A stretch of 52,289 nucleotides of DNA, from the IMG/VR virus record IMGVR_UViG_3300028840_003294, positions 1-52,289 of that record; one strand, 5' to 3'. Numbering within the stretch: the stretch's first letter is position 1; each line of letters opens with the position of its first letter. The notes beneath the pieces were generated by a model. The model saw only the letters and a program-made list of their open reading frames with translations, had not been told where the DNA came from and did no database searches. The DNA is from a virus. Its lineage: Duplodnaviria; Caudoviricetes. Below, piece by piece: positions 7,327 to 17,200 of this stretch. Position numbers and translations under genes: made by a program.

Positions 7327-8990
7327 TGAAAACCTACGTCATCACTTGCACCGGCGACCGTCCCGAAGCACTCAAGCTCTGCAACCACTACATGCAGCGG
7401 CAGGGCCATCAAGACTTCACATGGATCGTGGCAGACGACAGCGCCAACTCGATCCCCGAGAAGCCAAAGCGGTGCGACACATTCCTGCTCCGGAAATTCG
7501 AGAAACCAGGGGGGCACTCGTTACTTGGGAATCTTCGATTTGCGCTGATGCACATTCTTCAGGCCCCGGGCCCGGACCCTGACGACCTTGTCCTCATCGT
7601 AGAAGACGATGACTGGTATCACGCGGGTTACATTGGAATGATGCAGCACTACGCTCGCGTCCTCCCGCCCGAGATTGTCCTCTTTGGCGAATCCCACACG
7701 CGCTATTACAACGTCCGGTGGCGCACTTACCGCCACAACGACAACGCAGAGTGGGCAAGTCTTTGCGCCACCTGTTTCAAGGCTTCATTCATTCCTGACA
7801 TGCTCAAAATTGCCCAAAACGCCGACCCTGACCGGCCGTTCATTGACGTAATCGCCTTCACCGAGAATGCCGAACGGGCGCACCTGTTCCTTACGGACTT
7901 CGTTTGTGGCATCAAGGGCATGCCGGGAAGGACCGGCATCGGCCACGGCCACACAGAGGCTTGCAAGCGCCTGAAGCGAGACCCGTGGCTCGAGACTCTC
8001 CGCGACTGGACGGGCCCGGACTGCGAACGCTACCGAGATTTTTACCATTCCGAGGAGCTCAAGGACATTCCGATTCCCCAAGACCAGCGCCATGAGCCTT
8101 GGGCAATTCAGGAAATGAAGCAGCGGGCCGAAGGCGAGTCCGGAATTTGTTGCATCTTCCGTCAACCCGGCGTTCTTCCTGATCTCACGGCTTTCGCGGC
8201 CGGCGCGTTCGCGCATGGATACCTCAACGAGTTCCGAGACATCGCGGACGCGAGACTCTCGCATTTCCCGCCGGCAAACCTCGCGGTCATCTCGGGGGGC
8301 TTTCTCAGGCATGGCGGCTTGAACGGCAAAGTGTTTGAACACTACCGAGCGATCGGCGTTCCTGTCGTCATTTGTGATCCCGGGCGCGTCGTCAAGAACG
8401 CTCAACGAATCTACGTGAACCGAGAACATTGGCTACCGCCTACCCTTCCACCGCGGAACCGCATTGAGCACCTTGGGCTCATGCCGAATTTTCAGGAGCG
8501 GGGGACAAAAATTCTGATCGCCGGCCAACGTCCGGATCTCGACAACCAGCTTCGGCCGGCGCTCGAGGCGATCAAAGCCTACAGTGATCGACAAATCGTT
8601 TTCCGGCCGCACCCGAACACCTACCACGGCCACGAAAGGCCGCTCTACGACCTTCCCTATGACCGCGTGAGCGTTGGGGGCGATGGGATCAATGAAGAGA
8701 GCAGGCAAACGCTCAACGAGGCCCTGTGCGATGCTTGGTGCGTCGTGACGCATTCCTCAATTGTCGGGGCCGAGGCGCTATTGAAGGGCATCCCTGTCAT
8801 CTGCTCCGACGACGCCGTCTTTTCCGACGCGGGCGTCCCCCTTGAGGCGGCGTGCGACGTTGAAAAATTGGGCCGGCCAAATTGGGAGGAGCTCTACAAT
8901 TTCCTCCGTCGATGGAGCTACACAATTTGGTATGAGAGCGAACTGAGGTCCGGACAGGCATTCTCGTATCTGAAGGAGTTTATAAAATAA
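7326..8990 (+). CDS. Two-domain glycosyltransferase: GT-A (GT2-like) plus GT-B (KpsC/KpsS capsule-like)
   Basis: ITCTGDR, WIVADD, IVEDDDWY; C-terminal IVFRPHP and VVTHSSIVGAEALLKGIPV. Confidence 0.8.
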   Translation: MKTYVITCTGDRPEALKLCNHYMQRQGHQDFTWIVADDSANSIPEKPKRCDTFLLRKFEKPGGHSLLGNLRFALMHILQAPGPDPDDLVLIVEDDDWYHAGYIGMMQHYARVLPPEIVLFGESHTRYYNVRWRTYRHNDNAEWASLCATCFKASFIPDMLKIAQNADPDRPFIDVIAFTENAERAHLFLTDFVCGIKGMPGRTGIGHGHTEACKRLKRDPWLETLRDWTGPDCERYRDFYHSEELKDIPIPQDQRHEPWAIQEMKQRAEGESGICCIFRQPGVLPDLTAFAAGAFAHGYLNEFRDIADARLSHFPPANLAVISGGFLRHGGLNGKVFEHYRAIGVPVVICDPGRVVKNAQRIYVNREHWLPPTLPPRNRIEHLGLMPNFQERGTKILIAGQRPDLDNQLRPALEAIKAYSDRQIVFRPHPNTYHGHERPLYDLPYDRVSVGGDGINEESRQTLNEALCDAWCVVTHSSIVGAEALLKGIPVICSDDAVFSDAGVPLEAACDVEKLGRPNWEELYNFLRRWSYTIWYESELRSGQAFSYLKEFIK

Positions 8991-9286
8991 TGCGATGTTC
9001 AAAATGCGGAGAAGAGACGCCCGCGAATCTTTTCACCCACAGCGGAACAATTTGCGACGACTGTTGGGCCGTGCATGACATGGACAGATTCAGGGAGGTT
9101 CGACCCAAGACGGACTCGGTGCCAGTGGCGAAGTGTGCGAAATTGACGACCGGCATCGGAGTCCTCTGCCCCCATTGTGACCACAAGGTAATGCGAAAAA
9201 ACGGATACTTCCACAAGCAAACGCAGATTGAGCGTTGCCCGAAGTGCATGAACCATTACAAAGTAAAAAAGGGGGAGGCGATATGA
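8990..9286 (+). CDS. Double zinc-finger protein
   Basis: CSKC/CDDC and CPHC/CPKC. Confidence 0.7.
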   Translation: MRCSKCGEETPANLFTHSGTICDDCWAVHDMDRFREVRPKTDSVPVAKCAKLTTGIGVLCPHCDHKVMRKNGYFHKQTQIERCPKCMNHYKVKKGEAI

Positions 9287-9957
9287 CAGAGCGCAAGGAG
9301 CAGGCAATCGCGCTGAGAAAAAACTTGTCCGAAGTGTCAAACCTCGTAGCTGATCTCGAAATTCAAAACGAGCACGACTTGAAAGAGGCGGCAAACATCG
9401 GCAAGGCAATCAAGGCGTATCAAAAGTCCGTCTCCGAATTTTGGGGGCCCTTGGTAGAAAATGCACACAGCACATGGAAGTCCTTGACGGCCAAGCGAAA
9501 CGAGTTTCTCAACCCCGCAAAAGACCTTGAGGCCAGTGTCAAGAAAAAGATTGCGGAGTTCGATCGGAAGATGAGGCTTCAGGCCGAGGAGGAGCGCCGC
9601 AAGGCTCTCGAACAGGAAACGAAAGCGGCCGAGGCCCGCCGGCTTGCGGATCTCGCAGAGCTCGAGGAATCCGGCCTTGTCGATGAGGCTGCGAGTCTTG
9701 CGGAACAGCCCCTCGATGTCGCGCCGATTCAAAAAATCGAAGCGCCGAAGGCCGAGGGCGTTCACACGAGAGAGAATTGGACCGCCGAGGTCATCGACTT
9801 TCAAAAGCTCATCGAATTTTGTGCCGAGAATCCGAGGTGGAATTACCTTCTTGCTCCCAAGGGCCCGGAGCTCAACAAGCTCGCCAAAGCACAGAAGAAG
9901 GCTTTCGATATTCCCGGCGTAGAAGCAAAGTGCGAGCTGACTACGGTAATCCGATGA
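9283..9957 (+). CDS. Coiled-coil phage protein (Gam/gp157-like architecture)
   Basis: Long coiled coil then TRENW...V.D...L...LNKLAK...IPGV; ATGA coupling. Confidence 0.55.
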   Translation: MTERKEQAIALRKNLSEVSNLVADLEIQNEHDLKEAANIGKAIKAYQKSVSEFWGPLVENAHSTWKSLTAKRNEFLNPAKDLEASVKKKIAEFDRKMRLQAEEERRKALEQETKAAEARRLADLAELEESGLVDEAASLAEQPLDVAPIQKIEAPKAEGVHTRENWTAEVIDFQKLIEFCAENPRWNYLLAPKGPELNKLAKAQKKAFDIPGVEAKCELTTVIR

Positions 9958-10445
9958 GGGAAAAGATTACTTTTTTCGTCCCCGGCCGGCCAAGGCCACA
10001 GGGCAGCATGAAGTTTATAAACAAAGGGAAGCGCTCAATCCCCATTCAAAACCAGAAGCTCGAACACTGGCGTTCTGCGATAACAATGTACGCTCAAGAG
10101 GCAATGGGGGGCCTAGCTATCGTGGGCGGCGTTGGCCTTTCTCTCTCGTTTGTTTTCAAGCGCCCGAAAAGCCACTACCGCACCGGGAAGTACGCTCACC
10201 TTTTGAAAGACAGCTCGCCTGATCGAATGCTCAAGGCCCCCGACGTTGACAAGCTCATCCGGGCCGTGCTGGACTCATTGACAGGCATCGTGTTCACCGA
10301 CGACTGCGAAGTGGATCGAGTCGGAGTCGTCAAAAAATGGGGGCCCCGAGAGGGGGTCGAAATAACAGTGAGAGGAGTCTGCTATGCCGTGCAAGGGCGG
10401 GAAGAAGAAGAAGGGCAAGAAGAAAAAGGGCGGGAAGAAGGGTAG
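9954..10445 (+). CDS. rusA: RusA-family Holliday junction resolvase
   Basis: FFVPGRPRPQGS; PDVDKLIRAVLDSLTGIVFTDD. Confidence 0.9.
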   Translation: MREKITFFVPGRPRPQGSMKFINKGKRSIPIQNQKLEHWRSAITMYAQEAMGGLAIVGGVGLSLSFVFKRPKSHYRTGKYAHLLKDSSPDRMLKAPDVDKLIRAVLDSLTGIVFTDDCEVDRVGVVKKWGPREGVEITVRGVCYAVQGREEEEGQEEKGREEG

Positions 10446-10449
10446 GTGA
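10384..10449 (+). CDS. Tiny Lys-rich peptide (21 aa) overlapping the rusA 3' end
   Basis: MPCKGGKKKKGKKKKGGKKGR with GAGGAG RBS. Confidence 0.5.
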   Translation: MPCKGGKKKKGKKKKGGKKGR

Positions 10450-10452
10450 CGC

Positions 10453-11046
10453 ATGTTCGGGCTCGAAACAACAACCCTCAAGCTGATTGGCGCCGGCCTT
10501 CTGATTCTGGCGTTGATCGGGGCAATCATGGGCCTTATCAACTACGGGCAGAAGCTCGGGAAGCTCGAGGCCGAAAACAAGGTGCTCGAGGAGCAAGTCG
10601 TCAAGGCTAACCAGTGGAGAGACGGCGTCATCGAAAAGCTCGAGCGGTTCACGGAATCAATGGACGCGAACACATCGGCCGTCAACGAGGCATGGGCGAG
10701 CTATGACGAGCTCGTGATGCGCCCACCTCAGATTGTCACGAGCTGGAGAGAGGTCGCAGCGGAGGCCCCCGAGACAATTGTGCTTGGGGACTGTGACAGC
10801 GCCGCTACAAATGCTTGGGACGTCCTCAAGGGCGCCGGCCTGATCGGAGAGAAGACATGGGAAGATACGTCGTATGGATCGCCATTGCCGCCGCATTTCT
10901 CACAGGAGCTTGCAAAAGTTCGACGCCTGAATTCACAGGACCAAACGTTGAATTTATACCTTTCGCCATACCCGAACCGCCCCCTCTACGACAGTGTCGG
11001 GACGTACCAGTTATCTCCGAATCCTCTGTACCACGCGAGAAGGTAG
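10453..11046 (+). CDS. i-spanin (Rz-like)
   Basis: N-terminal TM helix then coiled coil; overlapped by a lipoprotein ORF. Confidence 0.7.
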   Translation: MFGLETTTLKLIGAGLLILALIGAIMGLINYGQKLGKLEAENKVLEEQVVKANQWRDGVIEKLERFTESMDANTSAVNEAWASYDELVMRPPQIVTSWREVAAEAPETIVLGDCDSAATNAWDVLKGAGLIGEKTWEDTSYGSPLPPHFSQELAKVRRLNSQDQTLNLYLSPYPNRPLYDSVGTYQLSPNPLYHARR

Positions 11047-11225
11047 AGCAGGACGGCTCTGTTCTCATTCAGGCGCTTGCGGCTCACATCGCGCTCTTGT
11101 CAGCGATGCTCGAGGAAGACAACCACGAGTGCAAGGCATCGAATGAGGCCCGCGCCAAGATCGTAGCCGCGAAAGAGAAGGCCCTCGCGGAGCTCGAACG
11201 ATTGAAGGCAATCAACGACGAGTAA
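10857..11225 (+). CDS. o-spanin (Rz1-like) lipoprotein
   Basis: MGRYVVWIAIAAAFLTGA-C lipobox; Pro-rich; overlaps the i-spanin by 190 nt in another frame. Confidence 0.7.
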   Translation: MGRYVVWIAIAAAFLTGACKSSTPEFTGPNVEFIPFAIPEPPPLRQCRDVPVISESSVPREKVEQDGSVLIQALAAHIALLSAMLEEDNHECKASNEARAKIVAAKEKALAELERLKAINDE

Positions 11226-11232
11226 AAACCAA

Positions 11233-11270
11233 CCCGGGGCCTTGATGGTTGGGCGGAACCGGCCCCGGGC
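11233..11270. terminator. Hairpin between convergent arms
   Basis: cccggggcc...ggccccggg between stops at 11225 (+) and 11289 (-). Confidence 0.5.
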
Positions 11271-11288
11271 GGCTGACGCAGATTTAGT

Positions 11289-14200
11289 TTACTCTTTTTT
11301 TAGCCGCCGCTTCAAGGTTTGCAGCTCGATCGTCCGGTAACGACGGTTGAATTTCTTGAATTCATTCTGCATCCTCGAGTCCTTGACAGTCACCCCGGCT
11401 TTCCGAAGCTCGCGGACCCTCTTCTCTGTTGCCTTCACAATTTCCTCAATCGCCAAAACATTTTTGTGCCGCTTGTAGAAGTCAGCCGCGGCCTTCGGAT
11501 CGGTTTTCGTGAGCTCGTCGTAGGTCTCTTTCTTGATCCAGTAATCGCCCATGTTGGCGCGGTACATATTGGGAGCGAAAAACTGCGACTCTTCGGCAAA
11601 GAAAGATTTAAGGACAGGAACATCCCGGGCCGAAAGCGTTTCCCCCGCAGCGCCCTTTGAAAGCAGACTCAGCCCGCGAATCACAGTATCGCCAAGACCT
11701 CCAAGCGCGGCGCCGATCGCATAGTCGATGTCTTCCGGGGAAATGTCGATCCCAAGGTGTTTATACATGAACCGCGTCATCTCTTTCGAAGGCTTTGAGA
11801 CGCTTGAAAAATAACGGTTGTAGTTTGGAGTCGGCACGCCGTACTGTTCAGATCGTGCGAACTTTGAAGGCTCTGGTCGAATCGGTCCTCCCCAAAAATT
11901 GCGGTTCGCGGAGATGTCATAGACGGGGTCAAGCCACGCCGGCATTCCCATTTGGACGAGGCCAACGAGCGTCGTCGGGTCATTGTCGCCAATCGGGTTG
12001 AAGGCTGAGAGGCCGGCTGAGAGGATATGCGCTGTGCCCTCCCAGGCTGCGTCTTTTGTTTCGCTTGGCCGATCCAGTGCGCGATTGACGGCGTCGGCGG
12101 CAAACACTCCAGCTGCGGGGAACAGATTAAATCCCCAAGGCAGCGGAATCTTAAACCGTTTCCCCTCTCCCCCGGGGACCATGAAAATGAGGTTCCGCTT
12201 TTTCTCCCATGCGGGGATTTTGTCCCAATAGGGGATTTTGTCTTTCTCGTCCTCGCCGCCAACCCAACGCATCATCGAAGCGTGCATGAATCCGTAGCCC
12301 ATCGCTCCGAGCATCATCTTTTGAACCTGTCGGTTCTTGGCTACCGAGTCAATGACCATTTTTGAGCCCTGCAAGGAGGCATTGGCGAACACATACCACG
12401 GGCTTAGATATTGCGCGACTGTGCCCTGTTGCGTGAAATCGACAGTGATGTCTCGCGCCAGCTTGCCGGCCCTGTCTTTAGAAAGGCCAATTTCGAGCCC
12501 GCGCTCAAAAACGGAGAAGCGCAACATTCCTTCGACTGCGGCGTTGTAATCTTCAATCCAATTGATTACAGATTTGACGGTGCTGAAAACCTTATTCTGC
12601 TCACCCTTGGTTTGCTCGATTTGAGCCTGAATCTTCCGCATCTGATCCGCTAAATCGGGAATCATCCAGAACGCGGTTTCCCCGCCGGCGAGCTTGAACT
12701 GCTCGATTCTCTGGCGCTTCGTGGCGTCCATTTGGTCGAGCGTCCCTTTCGACTGGCGACGAGCGTATTCTCCGAGAAGCGCCGCTGCCTCTGGAACGCG
12801 CTTCATTGTCTTCAAGCCAAAGCCCTCAAACTTCTTTTCGCCGCCGAGCTTGATCCCGGCGGTGAGAGCATCGCGGACAGCGTTCGGAATCACAAATGCG
12901 GGGTTTCTCGAGGTTGCCATCTTCGAGATGTAGCGGTTGATATTTACGCCAGCCTTCAAGATCGGGTTCAAGTCTTTTGACGAGCCAACGTTATTCAACG
13001 CAGAGACGAATTCAGCCATCCCGGGGCTGACGTGGCGAATGTAGTGCAGCTCGCCGTCGATCCAAACGTTGTAAACGTTGTCCTTGACCACCGAGAGCCC
13101 GTCGATTTTGGTTTTTACGGTCTGCGTCTTTTCATCCCACACGAGCCGCGAATCCGGGCGGTCAATCTCAAAGAGCTTCTCGCCGTTTACGTCCTTGACG
13201 TTCTTCATCTTCTGGACGAAATTCCAGACCGTCTTTGCAACGCGATTCTTTTCGGCCCGCACGGCCGTCTCCATCGCGTCCGTCATCAGCTCTACAGTGG
13301 CCGAGTGTGTTGGGAAAGACCGCCGGCCGAGGGCACGATGAGCGGCAGGGCGCCGACCCGGGTTATACCCGCGGCCGGTGTTCGGGAGATGGATCTTGTC
13401 GGCTATGCCAAGGCCACGAGCAGCTCGAGCCAGGGCCCGGTGCCACATCTTACCGCCGTACATCTCAATCTCGGGGATCGGGGGGCGCCTGCCGTTGGCG
13501 ATGATGTCCAAGATGTCCGGGTCTTTGCCCCGCATCGGAGCGTAATGCTTGTAGTCCCGCCATTTTTTGAGCTCGTCTTTCGAGAGCAAGCCGGCACGGA
13601 ATAGCGTTTCTTCTTTCCAGCGGACGATGTCCGAAAACCGGCGCGAAAGCCGACCGAGCTTGCCTCTATAGACCGTATCTGGTCCGAGCTCCCCATCCCA
13701 TTCCACAAGCCCAAGCTCGCGCATCTCCTCGAGAGCGGCCTTTGCGTGCTCGTCTGTGATTCCAGAGTGAGGCGCCTCTCCAGCCTCGTCCATTCGCCTG
13801 ATTTCAGCGATTTTCTCTTTTTCGCGAGCCACGGATTCGCGCTCGAGGGTTCTCATTTCGACGCGCTTCGGCTTGGCTGAGAACCCGCGCTCGTTGAAGA
13901 ACCGAACCTCTGCAATTCCCGACTCGCGGTTGACCGCTACCACCTCGCCCTTGGCGTTGTTCTCGAGCGACCGGACCTTAGTGCCAATGGACAGGTGCTT
14001 CGTTTCCAGCTTCGCAATTTTGGCCTCTGCCTGTTTAATTGGAAGCGTCACATTCGCCATGCGAATTTTCGGGTTTCGCTCAAGCGCATGAGCGGCCATG
14101 CGGAACAAATCGAAGTCCTCGAGATGAATCCCCGACTTTGCTATGTCGGTAATCAACGGTTTGAAGAGCTTCTCTTCGACCCAATCAACAAGGGCGCCCG

Positions 14201-17200
14201 CACGCGCCTGGAAATTCTGCGCCTTGAGGTAGGCGTCGAAAATTTCGTCGAGCTCTTGACCAACCTCCGTGAGTTTTTCCTGAATTGTGCGAATCGGAGC
14301 TATGCGATCGAAGAGTGTTTTCTCCGCACGGTTTCGGTAATACTCCGTGAGCGTGTGGTCTTCAATCTGCACCCCGGGGTGCTGATCCCCTGAAAGCTCG
14401 TGAGCTCCAGACAACGAGTAAACAGTCTGCGCGTCACCGCGGTCGATGAGCTTTTCTGTGCCGGCGCCCTCGATCGCATTCCGCCACGCTTCGGGGAACT
14501 CTTCAGGAGCGAGCTTCCGATAATCGAACGCTTCTTCTGCGGCCCGCCTCGCACTAAGAATATCGTTCCGAATCGTCCTTAAAATCTTTTGCCCCGTTGG
14601 GTCGGTGATAATCGCCGCCTCTCCCTTTTGAGTCTCAAAAATCTCGCCGCTTGCGATTTGCTCCATGATGCCGGCGGCGCCTTCGATGTCGGCAATTTTT
14701 AGACCCGCAACGTTTTCGAGAAGAGACTGCGCGAACCGCTGGAGGAATTTGAAAATTTGGGTCGCTCTCGGCTCGGCCTCTGCTCGCGTCTCGGCCCACG
14801 CCTGATACGCTTGGGCCGCGCCCTCTTCGGTCTCGTACACCTTCAGCAAGGTCATGCGTTGATCGTTCGTGAGAACGTTATGAAACGCGAAGTGAAAGGA
14901 TTCGTGAAACACCTCTTGGGAAATGCGCTTTGGATTGTAGAGAGAAATCAAATGAGCCCCGCTCATGTCTCCCTGCTGCCCAATTCGATACCGCCCCTGC
15001 ACCTTGACGGTGCCGGCGTCCAGTGCGGCCACCAAATCTTCGGGTTTTATGTTTCGATTCTCCGCTGCCGTTTTGATGAACTCGTCGTCGATCGTCGGGC
15101 CGGGACCGCCAACGGCAACATGCAGAACTGGTTGGCCCTCCCTCGTCAAGCGGAACAGGCCCCCCTGTGTGTGCCGCACATTCCAGCCGCGGAACGCCTT
15201 TTGAATTTTTGGAACGAGCTTCGCCGCTCGAGCTCGAACGCCCTTGTCTTCTTTGTCCTGCTCTGCTTTTCTTTTTCGTGCCTCGCCCTCTTTTTTCGTG
15301 GCGATTTGAATGCGCCGAAGCCTGAGAATCTCTTCGCTGATTTTTTTCTTTTCTGCCGGGTTGGCGTTGTTGAGCTGCGCCGTTAGGTCTTTGATCCGGC
15401 TTTGAATCGTAACCCCGCTCTCGACGTCCTCGGCCCGTGCCGGGGCCTCTGTCGTAGCGGCCGGCTCGAATTCGGTTCGCCTTGCAATCTCGTCCTCGAG
15501 AACGATTGCGAGATCGTGGATCTCGGGATCGAGGCTTTGCACGAGCTCCTCGTCTTTTCTTGTGAGTATTTCGATCGCTGATTCGCCGGCCTCGATGCGC
15601 TTGATGAATTCCGCGACCGCTTTCGGGCTGTTGTCCTGCTCGCGGGCAACGCGGTACATCTGGTCAACGACGTCGTCCGCAGTTCGACGCCTGCCGAACA
15701 TTCTGCGCTCAACGTCTTCGATGGTTTCCTCTGGCGCTTCTTCCCTTGTAAAGCGTTCGAGGATGTTACGCTCCGAGACCGCAGCCTCGAGCTCGAGCGC
15801 CAGGTCTCGCGCCTCGCCGCCGAGCTGTTCTTCAATTTGAACGTCCGACTCGTAAATCTGGTTGACCGTTTGGCCTTCCTCGAGGCCCCTCACGAGTTTC
15901 TGCACGATAGCGGGTTCAATGTTGTTCTTGCGCTGGAACTCGAAAATGTCGTTTTTGACTTTGTCGATTTCGCGCCGGCGCCCTGGCTCTTCCCGCCGCT
16001 CATCTGGCATCTCGATAAATTGGTCCGCGGCTTCTTGTTGCGCGAGGTATTCTTCCGGCGAGATGTCCGGTTTTTGCAAGGCGGCAATCAGGTCGCCCAC
16101 CGTAGCACTCGGCGGCAAATATCCTTCTTCCTTAACAACCTCAAGCATTTGATCCGGCTTCATTCCGTCTTTTCTGCGATAACGAACCGGAACGCCTTCG
16201 CGGCCTTTGTCTCCGTAAATTTCCTCTGAGAGATAGCCTCCTGTGTGTTTGCCGATGCCACCATTTTCGAGAACAATTTGATGAATGGTTCGACCGAGCC
16301 GACGCTGCCCCTTCAGCCTGCGAAGGTGTGGATGTAAGGCTATGACTTCCTCATCAAGCACGACGCCCTTGCGGATCGCTTTTTTGAGCACCGCCTCGTG
16401 GTCTTCTTCGGCCCCGGTTTGCTCGTATTCTTGCGTTGTCATCTCCCACGGATTCTTCGGCTTCTCGATCGGCGGGAGCGGCGTAACTGGTTCCGGGGTA
16501 GCACCCTCTTCGACTTGCTTCCCCTCGTCCAGCCTCATAGCACCGCTCTCAACGCCGTGAGGCTGCGTCGGAGCGGCGGGGCCACCCACTACGGGCCCAC
16601 CTACCGCCGGAGCCGCAGGGCCACGGCCAACGCCCTCAGAGAGATTGCGCTGTCCTCTTTGGCTTGGCGGCGGCGGGAGCTCTGCAAAGGTTTCGGTTTC
16701 TGCTTGCATGCGCTGGCCCGCGACAAGCTCATCGGCTTTGTTGATCGTCGTGGCGAGCTGGCGCATCGCCTCCTGTGGGGAGAGGCCCTGCTCGCCGGCA
16801 AGATCAACAATCGCGGCTTGAGTGTCTTGGTCAAGGTCGCCAGTAACGAACGCCTGGAACAGCTCCGGTCTCACCTTCAGCCAGTCTGGAGCATAGCCGG
16901 CGCGAGCGGCCTCAACACCTTCTGGCGGCGCTAATCTGGCGGACCCGCCCGGGCCATAAAGCGGCGCCACGTCAACGCCGCTCGGAGCAGGCGACCCGGG
17001 CGGGACCACAAACTCTTCCGGCCTTACGTCCGGTTGTGTTTCGGGGATCGGCTCTGTTTGAACAAACTCAGGGACCGCGGGCCCCATGTCAGCCCGAACC
17101 GCATCGGTTCGCGCTGCAACCTCTTCTCCGGTTGGACCCGGCCCTACCTCGGTCTGCGCTTGAATGTTCCCGGCGCCCCCTCCAAAGGGGCCCATCATCG

